Origin: a virus
Lineage: Duplodnaviria; Caudoviricetes
Virus record (IMG/VR): IMGVR_UViG_3300044630_002618
Span: 1-64,000 of that record
Reading direction: 5' to 3' (one strand)
Length of the DNA: 64,000 nt
Shown: positions 1 through 7,958 of the stretch, piece after piece
Layout: each line of letters begins with the position of its first letter
Position numbering within the stretch: the first letter of the stretch is position 1
Program-made: the position numbers and the translations under genes
The notes under the pieces: generated by a model
What the model saw: the letters and a program-made list of their open reading frames with translations, nothing else
Told to the model about the DNA's origin: nothing
The model's database searches: none

Positions 1-99
1 TTGGGGTTGGGGTTGGGGTTGGGGTTGGGGTTGGGGTTGGGGTTGGGGTTGGGGTTGGGGTTGGGGTTGGGGTTGGGGTTGGGGTTGGGGTTGGGGTTG
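1..99. repeat. (TTGGGG)16 tandem repeat; encodes (Gln-Pro)n on the minus strand
   Basis: 16 perfect copies at 1-96 plus TTG; reads CAA CCC in frame with the ORF starting at 507. Confidence 0.95.
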
Positions 100-507
100 T
101 ACTGGTGGGTTGGGATTAATTGGTTGATTTGGTTGTGGTGCTGGGTTATTAGGGAGACCAGCATTTGAGGATGATGCCGCAGTAGAACCATCATCATCAT
201 CGTCGTCGTCGTCTTTTTGCGGTGAGAACAACCTAGCATTTGCCCAGCGATTAAGACCTTTTCCTAATTGATTAAGTGCCTTAAACTCGGGCAAGTTCAT
301 CTTTGATCCTGACCAGTCACGCGTTATTCCTGAGTTAACTGGTGTGAATTGGCTGAAACCTGTGGATTTAGGAAATTCTATGTTTCTTTGCCTGTAGGTA
401 GCAGGTAACAGATAGTTAGTGGTAGGCATTGAGCCTTGAAAGTTTTTACGCTGACTATTGTTATTAGTGGCAGTGTAGTTATTACTTTGGTTAAAGTAAT
501 CACTCAT
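1..507 (-). CDS. Hypothetical low-complexity protein (poly-Asp, Pro/Gln/Asn-rich), runs off the window edge
   Basis: Not in ORF track. ATG at 507 overlaps the upstream TGA (ATGA); reads MSDYFNQSNNY...QKDDDDDDDDGS...PNPPVQPQPQP with no stop before base 1. Confidence 0.85.
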   Translation of the reverse strand, partial: MSDYFNQSNNYTATNNNSQRKNFQGSMPTTNYLLPATYRQRNIEFPKSTGFSQFTPVNSGITRDWSGSKMNLPEFKALNQLGKGLNRWANARLFSPQKDDDDDDDDGSTAASSSNAGLPNNPAPQPNQPINPNPPVQPQPQPQPQPQPQPQPQPQPQPQPQPQPQPQPQ

Positions 508-794
508 CCTAATGACTCCATTGAATAGCGACCAGTTCCTGTCCATTCACCCGAGGCGAGTTCTGTGCGTCGTACGGGCATGCCTGAGAGCCACGAGCGG
601 TTACTCGCGGCGTAACGGTTAATAGATAGGATGTCGTTGATACCAGCGACCATCTTAATCATTCCTCGCGTCTCAGGAAACAGTACTTGTGGGTGTGCAG
701 GGCGAATCTCACGAATAGTCTTAGGGTCGCTAATCGCGGCTTCTAGAGCCTGATCAACGAGAAACTCTTCATGCGATTGCCAAGGTTTTCCCAT
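504..794 (-). CDS. Hypothetical phage protein
   Basis: 96 aa ORF coupled to the downstream gene. Confidence 0.75.
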   Translation of the reverse strand: MGKPWQSHEEFLVDQALEAAISDPKTIREIRPAHPQVLFPETRGMIKMVAGINDILSINRYAASNRSWLSGMPVRRTELASGEWTGTGRYSMESLG

Positions 795-799
795 AAGGG

Positions 800-961
800 T
801 TACTTGTTTTGGTTCTTCTTATCGCTATCCCAGCGAACATTATCAAACCCATTCCGGAATAGTTGTTTTACATAACCAGCAAAGGGGTCTTCACTAGCGA
901 TGCGTTCTGCGTGTGCTTTACGATCTGTCTTACGCTTTGGGCTTCTTGCTTGTCCGTCCAT
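800..961 (-). CDS. Small hypothetical protein (53 aa)
   Basis: Manual translation MDGQARSPKRKTDRKAHAERIASEDPF...; AAGGAG RBS upstream. Confidence 0.7.
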   Translation of the reverse strand: MDGQARSPKRKTDRKAHAERIASEDPFAGYVKQLFRNGFDNVRWDSDKKNQNK

Positions 962-963
962 GG

Positions 964-1134
964 TTACTTCTCCTTAATCTTAAGTGTAGGTCTTTGCTTA
1001 GGTTGATTATTAAACTTGTCATGTACAGCGCCTTTAATGGCTTCGCCTACGGCTTTGAAGTCATCGCTGATTTGATCAGCAGGTACTGACTTGAGCCGTG
1101 GTCGTTGAAATTGTGGTCCATTTAGTTGGGTCAT
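964..1134 (-). CDS. Small hypothetical protein (56 aa)
   Basis: Manual translation MTQLNGPQFQRPRLKSVPADQ...; fills the gap in a tightly packed operon. Confidence 0.65.
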   Translation of the reverse strand: MTQLNGPQFQRPRLKSVPADQISDDFKAVGEAIKGAVHDKFNNQPKQRPTLKIKEK

Positions 1135-1138
1135 TAAT

Positions 1139-1318
1139 TTAATAATCCTCTTCCAAATCTCGTCGGTTTGACATTCTGTTCATGGCGCTACGGCGTGTAT
1201 CGGGGTCCATGTCGTCGTCCCAGTCACCAGTACCGTAATACTCATCGTTTTTACTGGTACGCGTGTTATGTGCGTAACGGTCTGTCTTGCGGTTTGGGTT
1301 TAATGATTGTGGGTCCAT
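1139..1318 (-). CDS. Small hypothetical protein (59 aa)
   Basis: MDPQSLNPNRKTDRYAH...; TAATG coupling with the upstream gene. Confidence 0.7.
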   Translation of the reverse strand: MDPQSLNPNRKTDRYAHNTRTSKNDEYYGTGDWDDDMDPDTRRSAMNRMSNRRDLEEDY

Positions 1319-1566
1319 TAGTACAACCTACCTTGTTCGTAATAGTTATTTGCTGGTACCACACCTTTGGATTCAGCATGACCAGTGCGGAAATGAACTT
1401 GGCGTGGGTTTAAAGAACGCTCGTCCCACTGTCGTGGTTCACGCCAGTCACCACTTGAGTTATCGCGGTCGTTGGGAGTGGTCGGTGGCTTTTTACGACC
1501 ACCACCGCTACCCATACTTCCACCAGCAAGTGGCTGTAGTTCTGTGATGTCCTTAATGACCTGCAT
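1318..1566 (-). CDS. Hypothetical protein ending in QGRLY
   Basis: 82 aa ORF in the operon. Confidence 0.7.
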   Translation of the reverse strand: MQVIKDITELQPLAGGSMGSGGGRKKPPTTPNDRDNSSGDWREPRQWDERSLNPRQVHFRTGHAESKGVVPANNYYEQGRLY

Positions 1567-1572
1567 GAGTTA

Positions 1573-1860
1573 TTACTTCTTACAATCGCAGTTGGGCTTA
1601 CCGCATTCACAGTCTTTTTTGCTGGTCATTGGGTATGACGGACCAGTGGGCGTTGGTGTGTCCATGTAGCCTTGCATAGCAATGGCTTCAGCCTGTGATT
1701 CAACGGGACCCCAAGCCTCATCGTACATACTGTCACCTTGTTCATAGTCATCGCCAAAGTAGGCTTGACTGCCACCGTAGGCAGGTGCGTTTACAGAGGT
1801 GCCCCATGCTTGTCCATGTTCACGATTACGGCGATGGACGCCACGCATTACTTTTGCCAT
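1573..1860 (-). CDS. Hypothetical protein with C-terminal Cys cluster
   Basis: AAGGAG RBS; ends CECGKPNCDCKK. Confidence 0.75.
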   Translation of the reverse strand: MAKVMRGVHRRNREHGQAWGTSVNAPAYGGSQAYFGDDYEQGDSMYDEAWGPVESQAEAIAMQGYMDTPTPTGPSYPMTSKKDCECGKPNCDCKK

Positions 1861-1883
1861 GATAATTACTCCTTAGTATGTGT

Positions 1884-2372
1884 TTACTTCCACATTGGTG
1901 CAAGTGATTTTAGCATGCTTCTTCGTTGCATATCTATAATTTGCTTGTCGGGTCGCTCTAAACCACGCGGAATACCGCGAGGTCCTGCCTTACCGTCATT
2001 GGTTAATCGGACTGGTTCTGCTCCTGGGGGCGCAAACTTCTTACCCTTAGATTCAAGCATGATTCCAGTTAAAAGATTAAATTCTTGAGGCCAAATATAA
2101 TCTCCAGCATTAATCCGCTCTCCTTTATGAACTCCGCGGGAATATGCTCGCTGATTGGCACGAACCGCGGCGTTAGTCAGTTTGTCCTGACGGCGGTTGC
2201 TGGACATGGTCCCAAGATACCCATCGGGGTATTGGGTGTCAGGACCAACTCCAAATGCAGAGATGCGCTGATCTTTGGCGCTACGGAATACAGGCGTTGG
2301 ACCCGTTCCCGAGACCATGCCTGATTCAGGGCTAGATGATGGGGACTGCCAGTTGGCAAATGAGGTAGCCAC
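1884..2372 (-). CDS. Hypothetical phage protein
   Basis: 162 aa ORF, GTG start coupled to the upstream stop. Confidence 0.75.
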   Translation of the reverse strand: MATSFANWQSPSSSPESGMVSGTGPTPVFRSAKDQRISAFGVGPDTQYPDGYLGTMSSNRRQDKLTNAAVRANQRAYSRGVHKGERINAGDYIWPQEFNLLTGIMLESKGKKFAPPGAEPVRLTNDGKAGPRGIPRGLERPDKQIIDMQRRSMLKSLAPMWK

Positions 2373-2509
2373 TAGCCACCAAATCCTGGAGATGTACCAG
2401 TAAACATGCCACCCTGACCGCCACCAAAAGGTTCTACGGGGCGTGGCTTTTTAATTCCTCGCTTGATGAACTCGTTGCGAGGGTCGGGTCGGTATGTTTT
2501 CTTTGCCAT
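2372..2509 (-). CDS. Small hypothetical protein (45 aa)
   Basis: MAKKTYRPDPRNEF...GGGQGGMFTGTSPGFGG; TGATG coupling. Confidence 0.6.
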   Translation of the reverse strand: MAKKTYRPDPRNEFIKRGIKKPRPVEPFGGGQGGMFTGTSPGFGG

Positions 2510-2670
2510 CAGTCGTAATCGTCCCATTCATAATCTTTAACTTTGGGTTTAACTTTGCTCTTATCTTTAGATGCTTTTCTTACATAGTAAAGATCGTCAT
2601 CTTCATCATCAGTTGAGTATCCCAAATTGTCCAGCATGTCATCCCATGAGGGTGGGTCTAGCGGTGCCAT
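2509..2670 (-). CDS. Small acidic/basic hypothetical protein (53 aa)
   Basis: MAPLDPPSWDDMLDNLGYSTDDEDDDLYY... Confidence 0.6.
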   Translation of the reverse strand: MAPLDPPSWDDMLDNLGYSTDDEDDDLYYVRKASKDKSKVKPKVKDYEWDDYD

Positions 2671-2686
2671 ATTGTTAGCCTTTTAT

Positions 2687-3478
2687 TTACTTATTTTTCT
2701 TTGGACGACCGACTGCCTTCTTAGGGGCAGTCTCTTTCTTGGGGCGACCAACAGCCTTTTTAGGTGCTGGGGTGGTGTCTTTCTTAGGACGACCACCCTT
2801 GTTTGGTCCTTTAGGTTTATCGTTGGCTTGAACCTTAGTCTTAGCCTTCATATCAATTACATTGCCCTCAGCATCTCGGACATCTCGCGTAAGTTCACTC
2901 TGTCGCCTTGATGCTTCTCTATCTCGTTGTGCCATTCCAGCGTCCATACCTTCAGAACGCTGGGGTGCACGGTAAATAGGTGCGCCAGTATCTGTCATCA
3001 TGTCTTCTATTGCCGCTCGGCTACGGAGTATTCCTTCATAAAGAGCCGCATCTTCCGAACGAGCCTGAACTGGGTCAACGCGTGGGCTGGTAATGATACG
3101 AGGAACACCAGGACCAACAAGACTTGTGCTTTCAGTTAGAGGTGATCTTGGTTCCGAACTTGGGGTTGGGGTTTTACGCAATGCTTTTGGAAACACTACA
3201 TTTCGTTCATCACCTTGTACGGGTATTGCTCCTGTTACAACATCTGTTGGCACTCCCCCAGTACTTACTGGAGTACCACTGCGACCTTCAGCAAGTCGGG
3301 CACGAACTTCTTCATCCGAACCTAACTGGGCTACGGGATCAGCACTGGGTACGGTTCCCCGTCCTAAGAAGAAGTGTGAGTTCCTATTGATTTGACCGCG
3401 AAGGCGTTCAAATTGAGCAGAACCAGTAGGGCGGCTGGAATCATTCTCAGAGGTATTAAAGTTAATGTTATCAGCCAT
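2687..3478 (-). CDS. Disordered protein with a Lys-rich tail carrying three AT-hook-like GRPKK motifs
   Basis: GGRPKK and APKKAVGRPKK x2 at the C-terminus. Confidence 0.7.
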   Translation of the reverse strand: MADNINFNTSENDSSRPTGSAQFERLRGQINRNSHFFLGRGTVPSADPVAQLGSDEEVRARLAEGRSGTPVSTGGVPTDVVTGAIPVQGDERNVVFPKALRKTPTPSSEPRSPLTESTSLVGPGVPRIITSPRVDPVQARSEDAALYEGILRSRAAIEDMMTDTGAPIYRAPQRSEGMDAGMAQRDREASRRQSELTRDVRDAEGNVIDMKAKTKVQANDKPKGPNKGGRPKKDTTPAPKKAVGRPKKETAPKKAVGRPKKNK

Positions 3479-3481
3479 TAT

Positions 3482-3772
3482 TTACCTTTCTACAGGTTTG
3501 AAGGACATAGCACTTATTGTAGTACCATTTTCGCCTTCAATGTCATCAAAACCTATGACAAAGGTAAGGTCAACACCGCGTGGTGCAACAAAACCACGGG
3601 CAATAGCGCAAGCCTTGACGGCTTGGTTAACGGCTGATGCTCCGATAGCGCGAATCTTAGGTTGCTGTTTAGCGATAACTGCACGAGCAACGATTGAGCC
3701 GACACTTTGGGGATTACTGCTACCTGACACTTTAATAATGTCCTCTAGCGGCGCATTTAATTCTTGAGACAT
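3482..3772 (-). CDS. spoVS: Stage V sporulation protein S family (Alba-like fold)
   Basis: IKVS.SS.P.SV...AIGASAVNQAVKACAIARGFVAPRGVDL closely matches the SpoVS signature. Confidence 0.9.
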   Translation of the reverse strand: MSQELNAPLEDIIKVSGSSNPQSVGSIVARAVIAKQQPKIRAIGASAVNQAVKACAIARGFVAPRGVDLTFVIGFDDIEGENGTTISAMSFKPVER

Positions 3773-3812
3773 TTGTACTCCAATTTAAAAGGGTTTGTTT
3801 AACCCCCTTATC

Positions 3813-4178
3813 TTAGAAGTAATTAGCCTCTTTAAGCAGTTCTATAAGGTCATCAAGGCGTAAGACAGCATAAGTATCACCTAGTGAATTAACTCCCTTA
3901 TTTGGTCGTTTAACTACTAGAGCAGGAATTGCGTCACCCTTTTGCTTGGCTTGTTCTACTGTGGCATCAAGCCACTGGCTGAGTTGGAATTGCCGTTGGT
4001 TCTTACATTGAACAATAGCATTTCTACCAGTTACTCGGTTTTTAATACCGTTGATATCGCCAGTATCAGCACCACCCTTGAGTGGTGTGCGCTCTGCGTC
4101 GGGGAAGCCATGCTCATTGAGGTAGTTCTTAATCATCGTTTCAAACGATGTACCTTTTTGTTTGGATGGATTAGCCAC
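3813..4178 (-). CDS. Holliday junction resolvase (Hjc-like PD-(D/E)xK)
   Basis: SKQKGTSFE...GDI...VQCKN pattern of phage Hjc-type resolvases. Confidence 0.8.
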   Translation of the reverse strand: MANPSKQKGTSFETMIKNYLNEHGFPDAERTPLKGGADTGDINGIKNRVTGRNAIVQCKNQRQFQLSQWLDATVEQAKQKGDAIPALVVKRPNKGVNSLGDTYAVLRLDDLIELLKEANYF

Positions 4179-4180
4179 CG

Positions 4181-4390
4181 TTAGACCTTTTTGAAAGCCT
4201 TGAGGATGTCATCAGTGCTCTTGTCAGTCCATTTATACATTGATGCAATGATCTGCGCCAGTTTGTCACGGTCAGCCATAAGGGTCTCAATGAGATGAAC
4301 CGCCTCAGCAAACTTGGTGACATCATAAGAGACGCCTGAAGCCGTGTTGATGGTTTGCTTGTTCTTGAGCCATTCGTAGATGTCACTCAC
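4181..4390 (-). CDS. Hypothetical protein
   Basis: 69 aa, GTGA overlap with the upstream gene. Confidence 0.65.
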   Translation of the reverse strand: MSDIYEWLKNKQTINTASGVSYDVTKFAEAVHLIETLMADRDKLAQIIASMYKWTDKSTDDILKAFKKV

Positions 4391-4887
4391 GCTGTGTACC
4401 TTGCCATTCTGTTGTCCTTACTACCAAGACCGATACGCCGTGATAGTTCGCGGGATAATAGTTGCGCCCCGCGTTCGCAGGTATCAAACATAGTCTGTAC
4501 CAGTTTACGATATGCGCGAGCAACTTGGTATGCCTCCTGCTGTGCAACCACTGCTGGGTCTACATCGCGTCGTGCTTTAGCCAAGGTTACTCGGTCAGCC
4601 TTGTCGGCTGAGTTCCACTGGCTAATGAGGACCATGGACTCAGACAGTCGGCACTTGTGGGACTGCTTGTCTTCGTCAATCTCAGCCTTGACTAACTCAG
4701 CCTGTGAATACGAGACCCAACCCATGAACTCTCTATAGAGATTCATCAGATCGGCGTCTGACAACCCGTCTAGGTCCCTCGGTATCTCGGGTGGGGATTC
4801 CGCTGGTCTCGCTGGGAGACTGAACTTGTCCGTGAACCTCTCCAACGGATCGTTGGACGGTACTGATCTGATTATTCGTGTCATCAT
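4387..4887 (-). CDS. Helical protein, possible UvsY-like recombination mediator
   Basis: Coiled-coil pattern ending LSRELSRR; lies in the RecA/exonuclease block. Confidence 0.5.
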   Translation of the reverse strand: MMTRIIRSVPSNDPLERFTDKFSLPARPAESPPEIPRDLDGLSDADLMNLYREFMGWVSYSQAELVKAEIDEDKQSHKCRLSESMVLISQWNSADKADRVTLAKARRDVDPAVVAQQEAYQVARAYRKLVQTMFDTCERGAQLLSRELSRRIGLGSKDNRMARYTA

Positions 4888-5752
4888 CTTCTCCCCAGCA
4901 TTTGTTTTTGTATGGGCATTTCTTGCATGTTGCGTTGTCTATTCCTGACGCCCAAACTGGGCGCATTGGTGGTCTCTTGCCTTCAAGATGAGAGACCACA
5001 TCTTTACATCCTTCAAGGATACTCTCAATAATCTCAGGTTGGAACCTGACATTGAATTCTTTTACATCCTGCGTTGGCTTCCACTCGTATATAAATGCCA
5101 GTTCGTGAATACCCATACAGAACATGTACATGTTTGCTTGGCGGAGATGGGATGGGAATGGCTTACGAATGCGATTCCATAATTCATCTATGGTTATTTC
5201 ACCCTTAGAGTAAGGTACGAATAACTCAGGAGCCTCAAATCTAATAGTCCCAGTGCCGACACTCTTAATCTCAATCAAAAGTTGACCGTTTGCGTCTTCA
5301 ACGATTCCGTCTGCATGACCCGTGATGTTGTATTCCTCATTACGGATCGGGACTTCTGCGTAACGGATACTGTTGGAACCACAACTACATAATGAAAAGT
5401 CTTCTTCTGAGACAGTCCCACAGGCATTGCACTTGAATAGTCCCCGTAGAACTCCAGCGTTCCGTAACCACTGTTGCCACTTATGGTGGATGGCGTTACC
5501 TTCAGCAAAAATGTTAAGGCGACCAAAGGTGAGTGTCTCGGCTGGTTTAGGGAAACCCTTAATCGCATACCATGACGAGCGCGGACACCAATCCTTCTTG
5601 CAGATTTCGCTGGGGTGTAAGCCTAAGGTATCGCGTTTAGCCTGACCATTGACATTCTCTAATGACGCCTGGACTCGGACAATTGGTACGATCCGTCCAG
5701 TTGATTTGGCATTTTCTTTGAACTGGTCTAATAACCATTTACTGCTACTCAC
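4733..5752 (-). CDS. Cas4/RecB-like PD-(D/E)xK exonuclease
   Basis: HPSE...CPR, GHADG, IEIKS, QANMY, C-terminal CxxCPYxxxC. Confidence 0.85.
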   Translation of the reverse strand: MSSSKWLLDQFKENAKSTGRIVPIVRVQASLENVNGQAKRDTLGLHPSEICKKDWCPRSSWYAIKGFPKPAETLTFGRLNIFAEGNAIHHKWQQWLRNAGVLRGLFKCNACGTVSEEDFSLCSCGSNSIRYAEVPIRNEEYNITGHADGIVEDANGQLLIEIKSVGTGTIRFEAPELFVPYSKGEITIDELWNRIRKPFPSHLRQANMYMFCMGIHELAFIYEWKPTQDVKEFNVRFQPEIIESILEGCKDVVSHLEGKRPPMRPVWASGIDNATCKKCPYKNKCWGEDDDTNNQISTVQRSVGEVHGQVQSPSETSGIPTRDTEGPRRVVRRRSDESL

Positions 5753-6077
5753 TGATCATCTCCAAAAAGTCGTCTTCGCGCAGGATGACATACCTCTTGC
5801 CACCTAAGTCAAATTGTAATACTGGTGTTCGGTCTTCTTTGATAGCCACAGTTTCTAGATCACGGAGGTCCGTAAACTTGATTGAGTAAGACTTAAGGTT
5901 ATCTGTAAACTTATTCTCAATAAGAAAATGTTCTGATCTGACATCATTCTTACGCAACCAACCCGATCCTGACCCAGCGTTACGGCTCCCCTTATAGGCA
6001 GACGCTGTTCGGTCTTCTTGCTTGCGCGATTTCTTCTGAATGTATCGCTTTTCGCTACCGTCTGAGCCAATAATCAT
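5745..6077 (-). CDS. Small PD-(D/E)xK nuclease / resolvase-like protein
   Basis: QE...GSGSGW.RKNDV....LIENK motif. Confidence 0.65.
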   Translation of the reverse strand: MIIGSDGSEKRYIQKKSRKQEDRTASAYKGSRNAGSGSGWLRKNDVRSEHFLIENKFTDNLKSYSIKFTDLRDLETVAIKEDRTPVLQFDLGGKRYVILREDDFLEMISE

Positions 6078-7087
6078 TTGACAGCGAAATGGTTTCGTGC
6101 GACTTCAGTGAGGGCATCCCTAAGACCGAGGTCTTCACGAACTGACGCAAGGACGGCATCCTTGCCCTGCCATTTCTGACCGTTGAACGAGTAGAACGCA
6201 CCAGCGCGTGTGATGGCGTTAATAGCAATAGCAATATTAACGATATCTTTAATGGTGTCAAACTCTCCGAGTTTAAAACCACTGGCGCTACCGTCCGCGA
6301 AGTAAAAGTCAACTTGTGCTGTCTGTTGTGGGCGGTAAGTCTTATTCTTTAAAGTACGCGCTTTGATGACCTGACCAAAGGCTTCGTCTTTTTCTTTGAT
6401 CCACTCATCGCGTTTAACTTCCACACGAGTGAAGTAATGGTAGTTCTTAGCCTTACCCCCAGGGGTAGTTCGTGGGTCACCATACATAACACCAATCTTT
6501 TCGCGCCACTGGTTAATCATTAAACCTGTGCAACCACGGTCGGCATTAACCATTGAACGCTTCTGAGCCTTGGCGCTCTTCTTCATAAACTTGCTGGTGA
6601 GTCGGGCACCGAGACCTACGGTGAACTCTTCCATCATCTTTTCGTTCTCATCATTGGGGATAAGGGCTGGGAATGAGTCAACCACGATGCAGTCCACGGC
6701 TCGGTTATCTAGAGCCTTGGTGATGAGGTCATATGCCTGTTCCATAATGTTGGTCTCAACGATCCAAATGCGCTCTAAGTCAATGCCAATTGCTTGGGCA
6801 TACTCGGGAACGAACTCTTCAGCCGCGATCCATAGGACGACCCACTCAGGGTCTAAGGCTTGATTAGCCGCGATTGTCTTGAGAACAAGAGCAGTCTTAC
6901 CTGATGATTCATCTCCAATGATCTCAGACCATTGGTTGACAGGCCAACCGCCACCGAGCATGAGGTCAAATGCTAAGACTCCCGTAGTAATACGGGGAAG
7001 TTCTTGGCGCATCTCTGAACCCTTGATGATGGTATTAGCGCCATGCTTCTTATTGATGATGTCCTTGATTGATTCAAAAGTGTCCAT
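6074..7087 (-). CDS. recA: RecA/UvsX recombinase
   Basis: GGGWP...EIIGDESSGKT Walker A, IVVDS Walker B, INQWREKIGVMYGDPRTTPGG. Confidence 0.95.
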   Translation of the reverse strand: MDTFESIKDIINKKHGANTIIKGSEMRQELPRITTGVLAFDLMLGGGWPVNQWSEIIGDESSGKTALVLKTIAANQALDPEWVVLWIAAEEFVPEYAQAIGIDLERIWIVETNIMEQAYDLITKALDNRAVDCIVVDSFPALIPNDENEKMMEEFTVGLGARLTSKFMKKSAKAQKRSMVNADRGCTGLMINQWREKIGVMYGDPRTTPGGKAKNYHYFTRVEVKRDEWIKEKDEAFGQVIKARTLKNKTYRPQQTAQVDFYFADGSASGFKLGEFDTIKDIVNIAIAINAITRAGAFYSFNGQKWQGKDAVLASVREDLGLRDALTEVARNHFAVK

Positions 7088-7102
7088 CTTGTTTTCCGTT
7101 TG

Positions 7103-7474
7103 TTAGATAGACCAAGAAGATTGGTCTGCTTGTGAGTATTTACCATTCCATCCGCAACAGTAACAGCGAGGTGCAGGTGAATGACCATTGATCATTCCTT
7201 TTGATCGGCTGAAGACTAGGCTACTGCCACATTCAGGGCAATCATGTGTTTCGCGCCGAGCGGCTTCGCCACCCTTCCATGAACGAATTGCTTCGCCCAT
7301 GTTGATTTCACCGTTTGCGTCAACAGATGCTTGAACTTGTGAATGTGCCTGTGGTGCAGGTTGTTGAACCTGAGGAAACCTAATGTTGCTCGGGCTGGAC
7401 GGCATAGTTGACGGGGGCGTCCGAGGTGGGGGTGAGGGTTGATTACCTATTTTTCTTGACCACCAGTCACTCAT
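7103..7474 (-). CDS. Zinc-ribbon protein
   Basis: Start re-called at MSDWW (7474, overlapping the upstream stop); CPECG...CYCCG. Confidence 0.7.
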   Translation of the reverse strand: MSDWWSRKIGNQPSPPPRTPPSTMPSSPSNIRFPQVQQPAPQAHSQVQASVDANGEINMGEAIRSWKGGEAARRETHDCPECGSSLVFSRSKGMINGHSPAPRCYCCGWNGKYSQADQSSWSI

Positions 7475-7958
7475 CGTCTTCGTCCTCCTGTTCTCCGTTG
7501 AAATATTCGTCCCATCCATCATCTTCGTCGTCGTCGTCAAAGTCAGGAGGGTCAATTGAGAACATACTAATCACTGAGATCATCTGGTTGAGTGCATCGG
7601 GTGGAATAACTAGTGGAATTTCTCCACATATTTTAATATCTTGGTTATCTAAGAGCATGGTTATAAGTGAGACACCAAACGAAGTGAAGAGGGCGACAGA
7701 AACATCAACCTCTTTTTCGTCAAGGTCATTTTGTAACTGGATGATATGGGACACCCATTCAGAGCACTTAGTTATGTCGTCAAGTAGTCCGAGAGCCTTT
7801 AGGGTAAACCACTTACCCATAACATCTGTGGTTTCTTGTTCCATGACTTCTTCTGAGGGAAGCGAGAAACCAGCCATCTCGGCAATCTCTTGACCGTCTT
7901 GTGGGGACATAGTCAGGAGAAATGTTCTGTGGTTCAGTGGTTCGTAATCTTCGTTCAT
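7467..7958 (-). CDS. Acidic hypothetical protein
   Basis: 163 aa, ATGA-coupled to the polymerase gene. Confidence 0.7.
   Translation of the reverse strand: MNEDYEPLNHRTFLLTMSPQDGQEIAEMAGFSLPSEEVMEQETTDVMGKWFTLKALGLLDDITKCSEWVSHIIQLQNDLDEKEVDVSVALFTSFGVSLITMLLDNQDIKICGEIPLVIPPDALNQMISVISMFSIDPPDFDDDDEDDGWDEYFNGEQEDEDDE

Noticed and set aside
1-99. Ciliate-type telomere or eukaryotic contamination
   Set aside because: The repeat continues a phage ORF in frame and grades into degenerate P/Q/N codons; a left-end telomere would normally show the C-rich strand on top
4733-5752. CRISPR-Cas locus suggested by the Cas4-like gene
   Set aside because: No cas1/cas2 or array nearby; solo Cas4-like nucleases are common in phage recombination blocks
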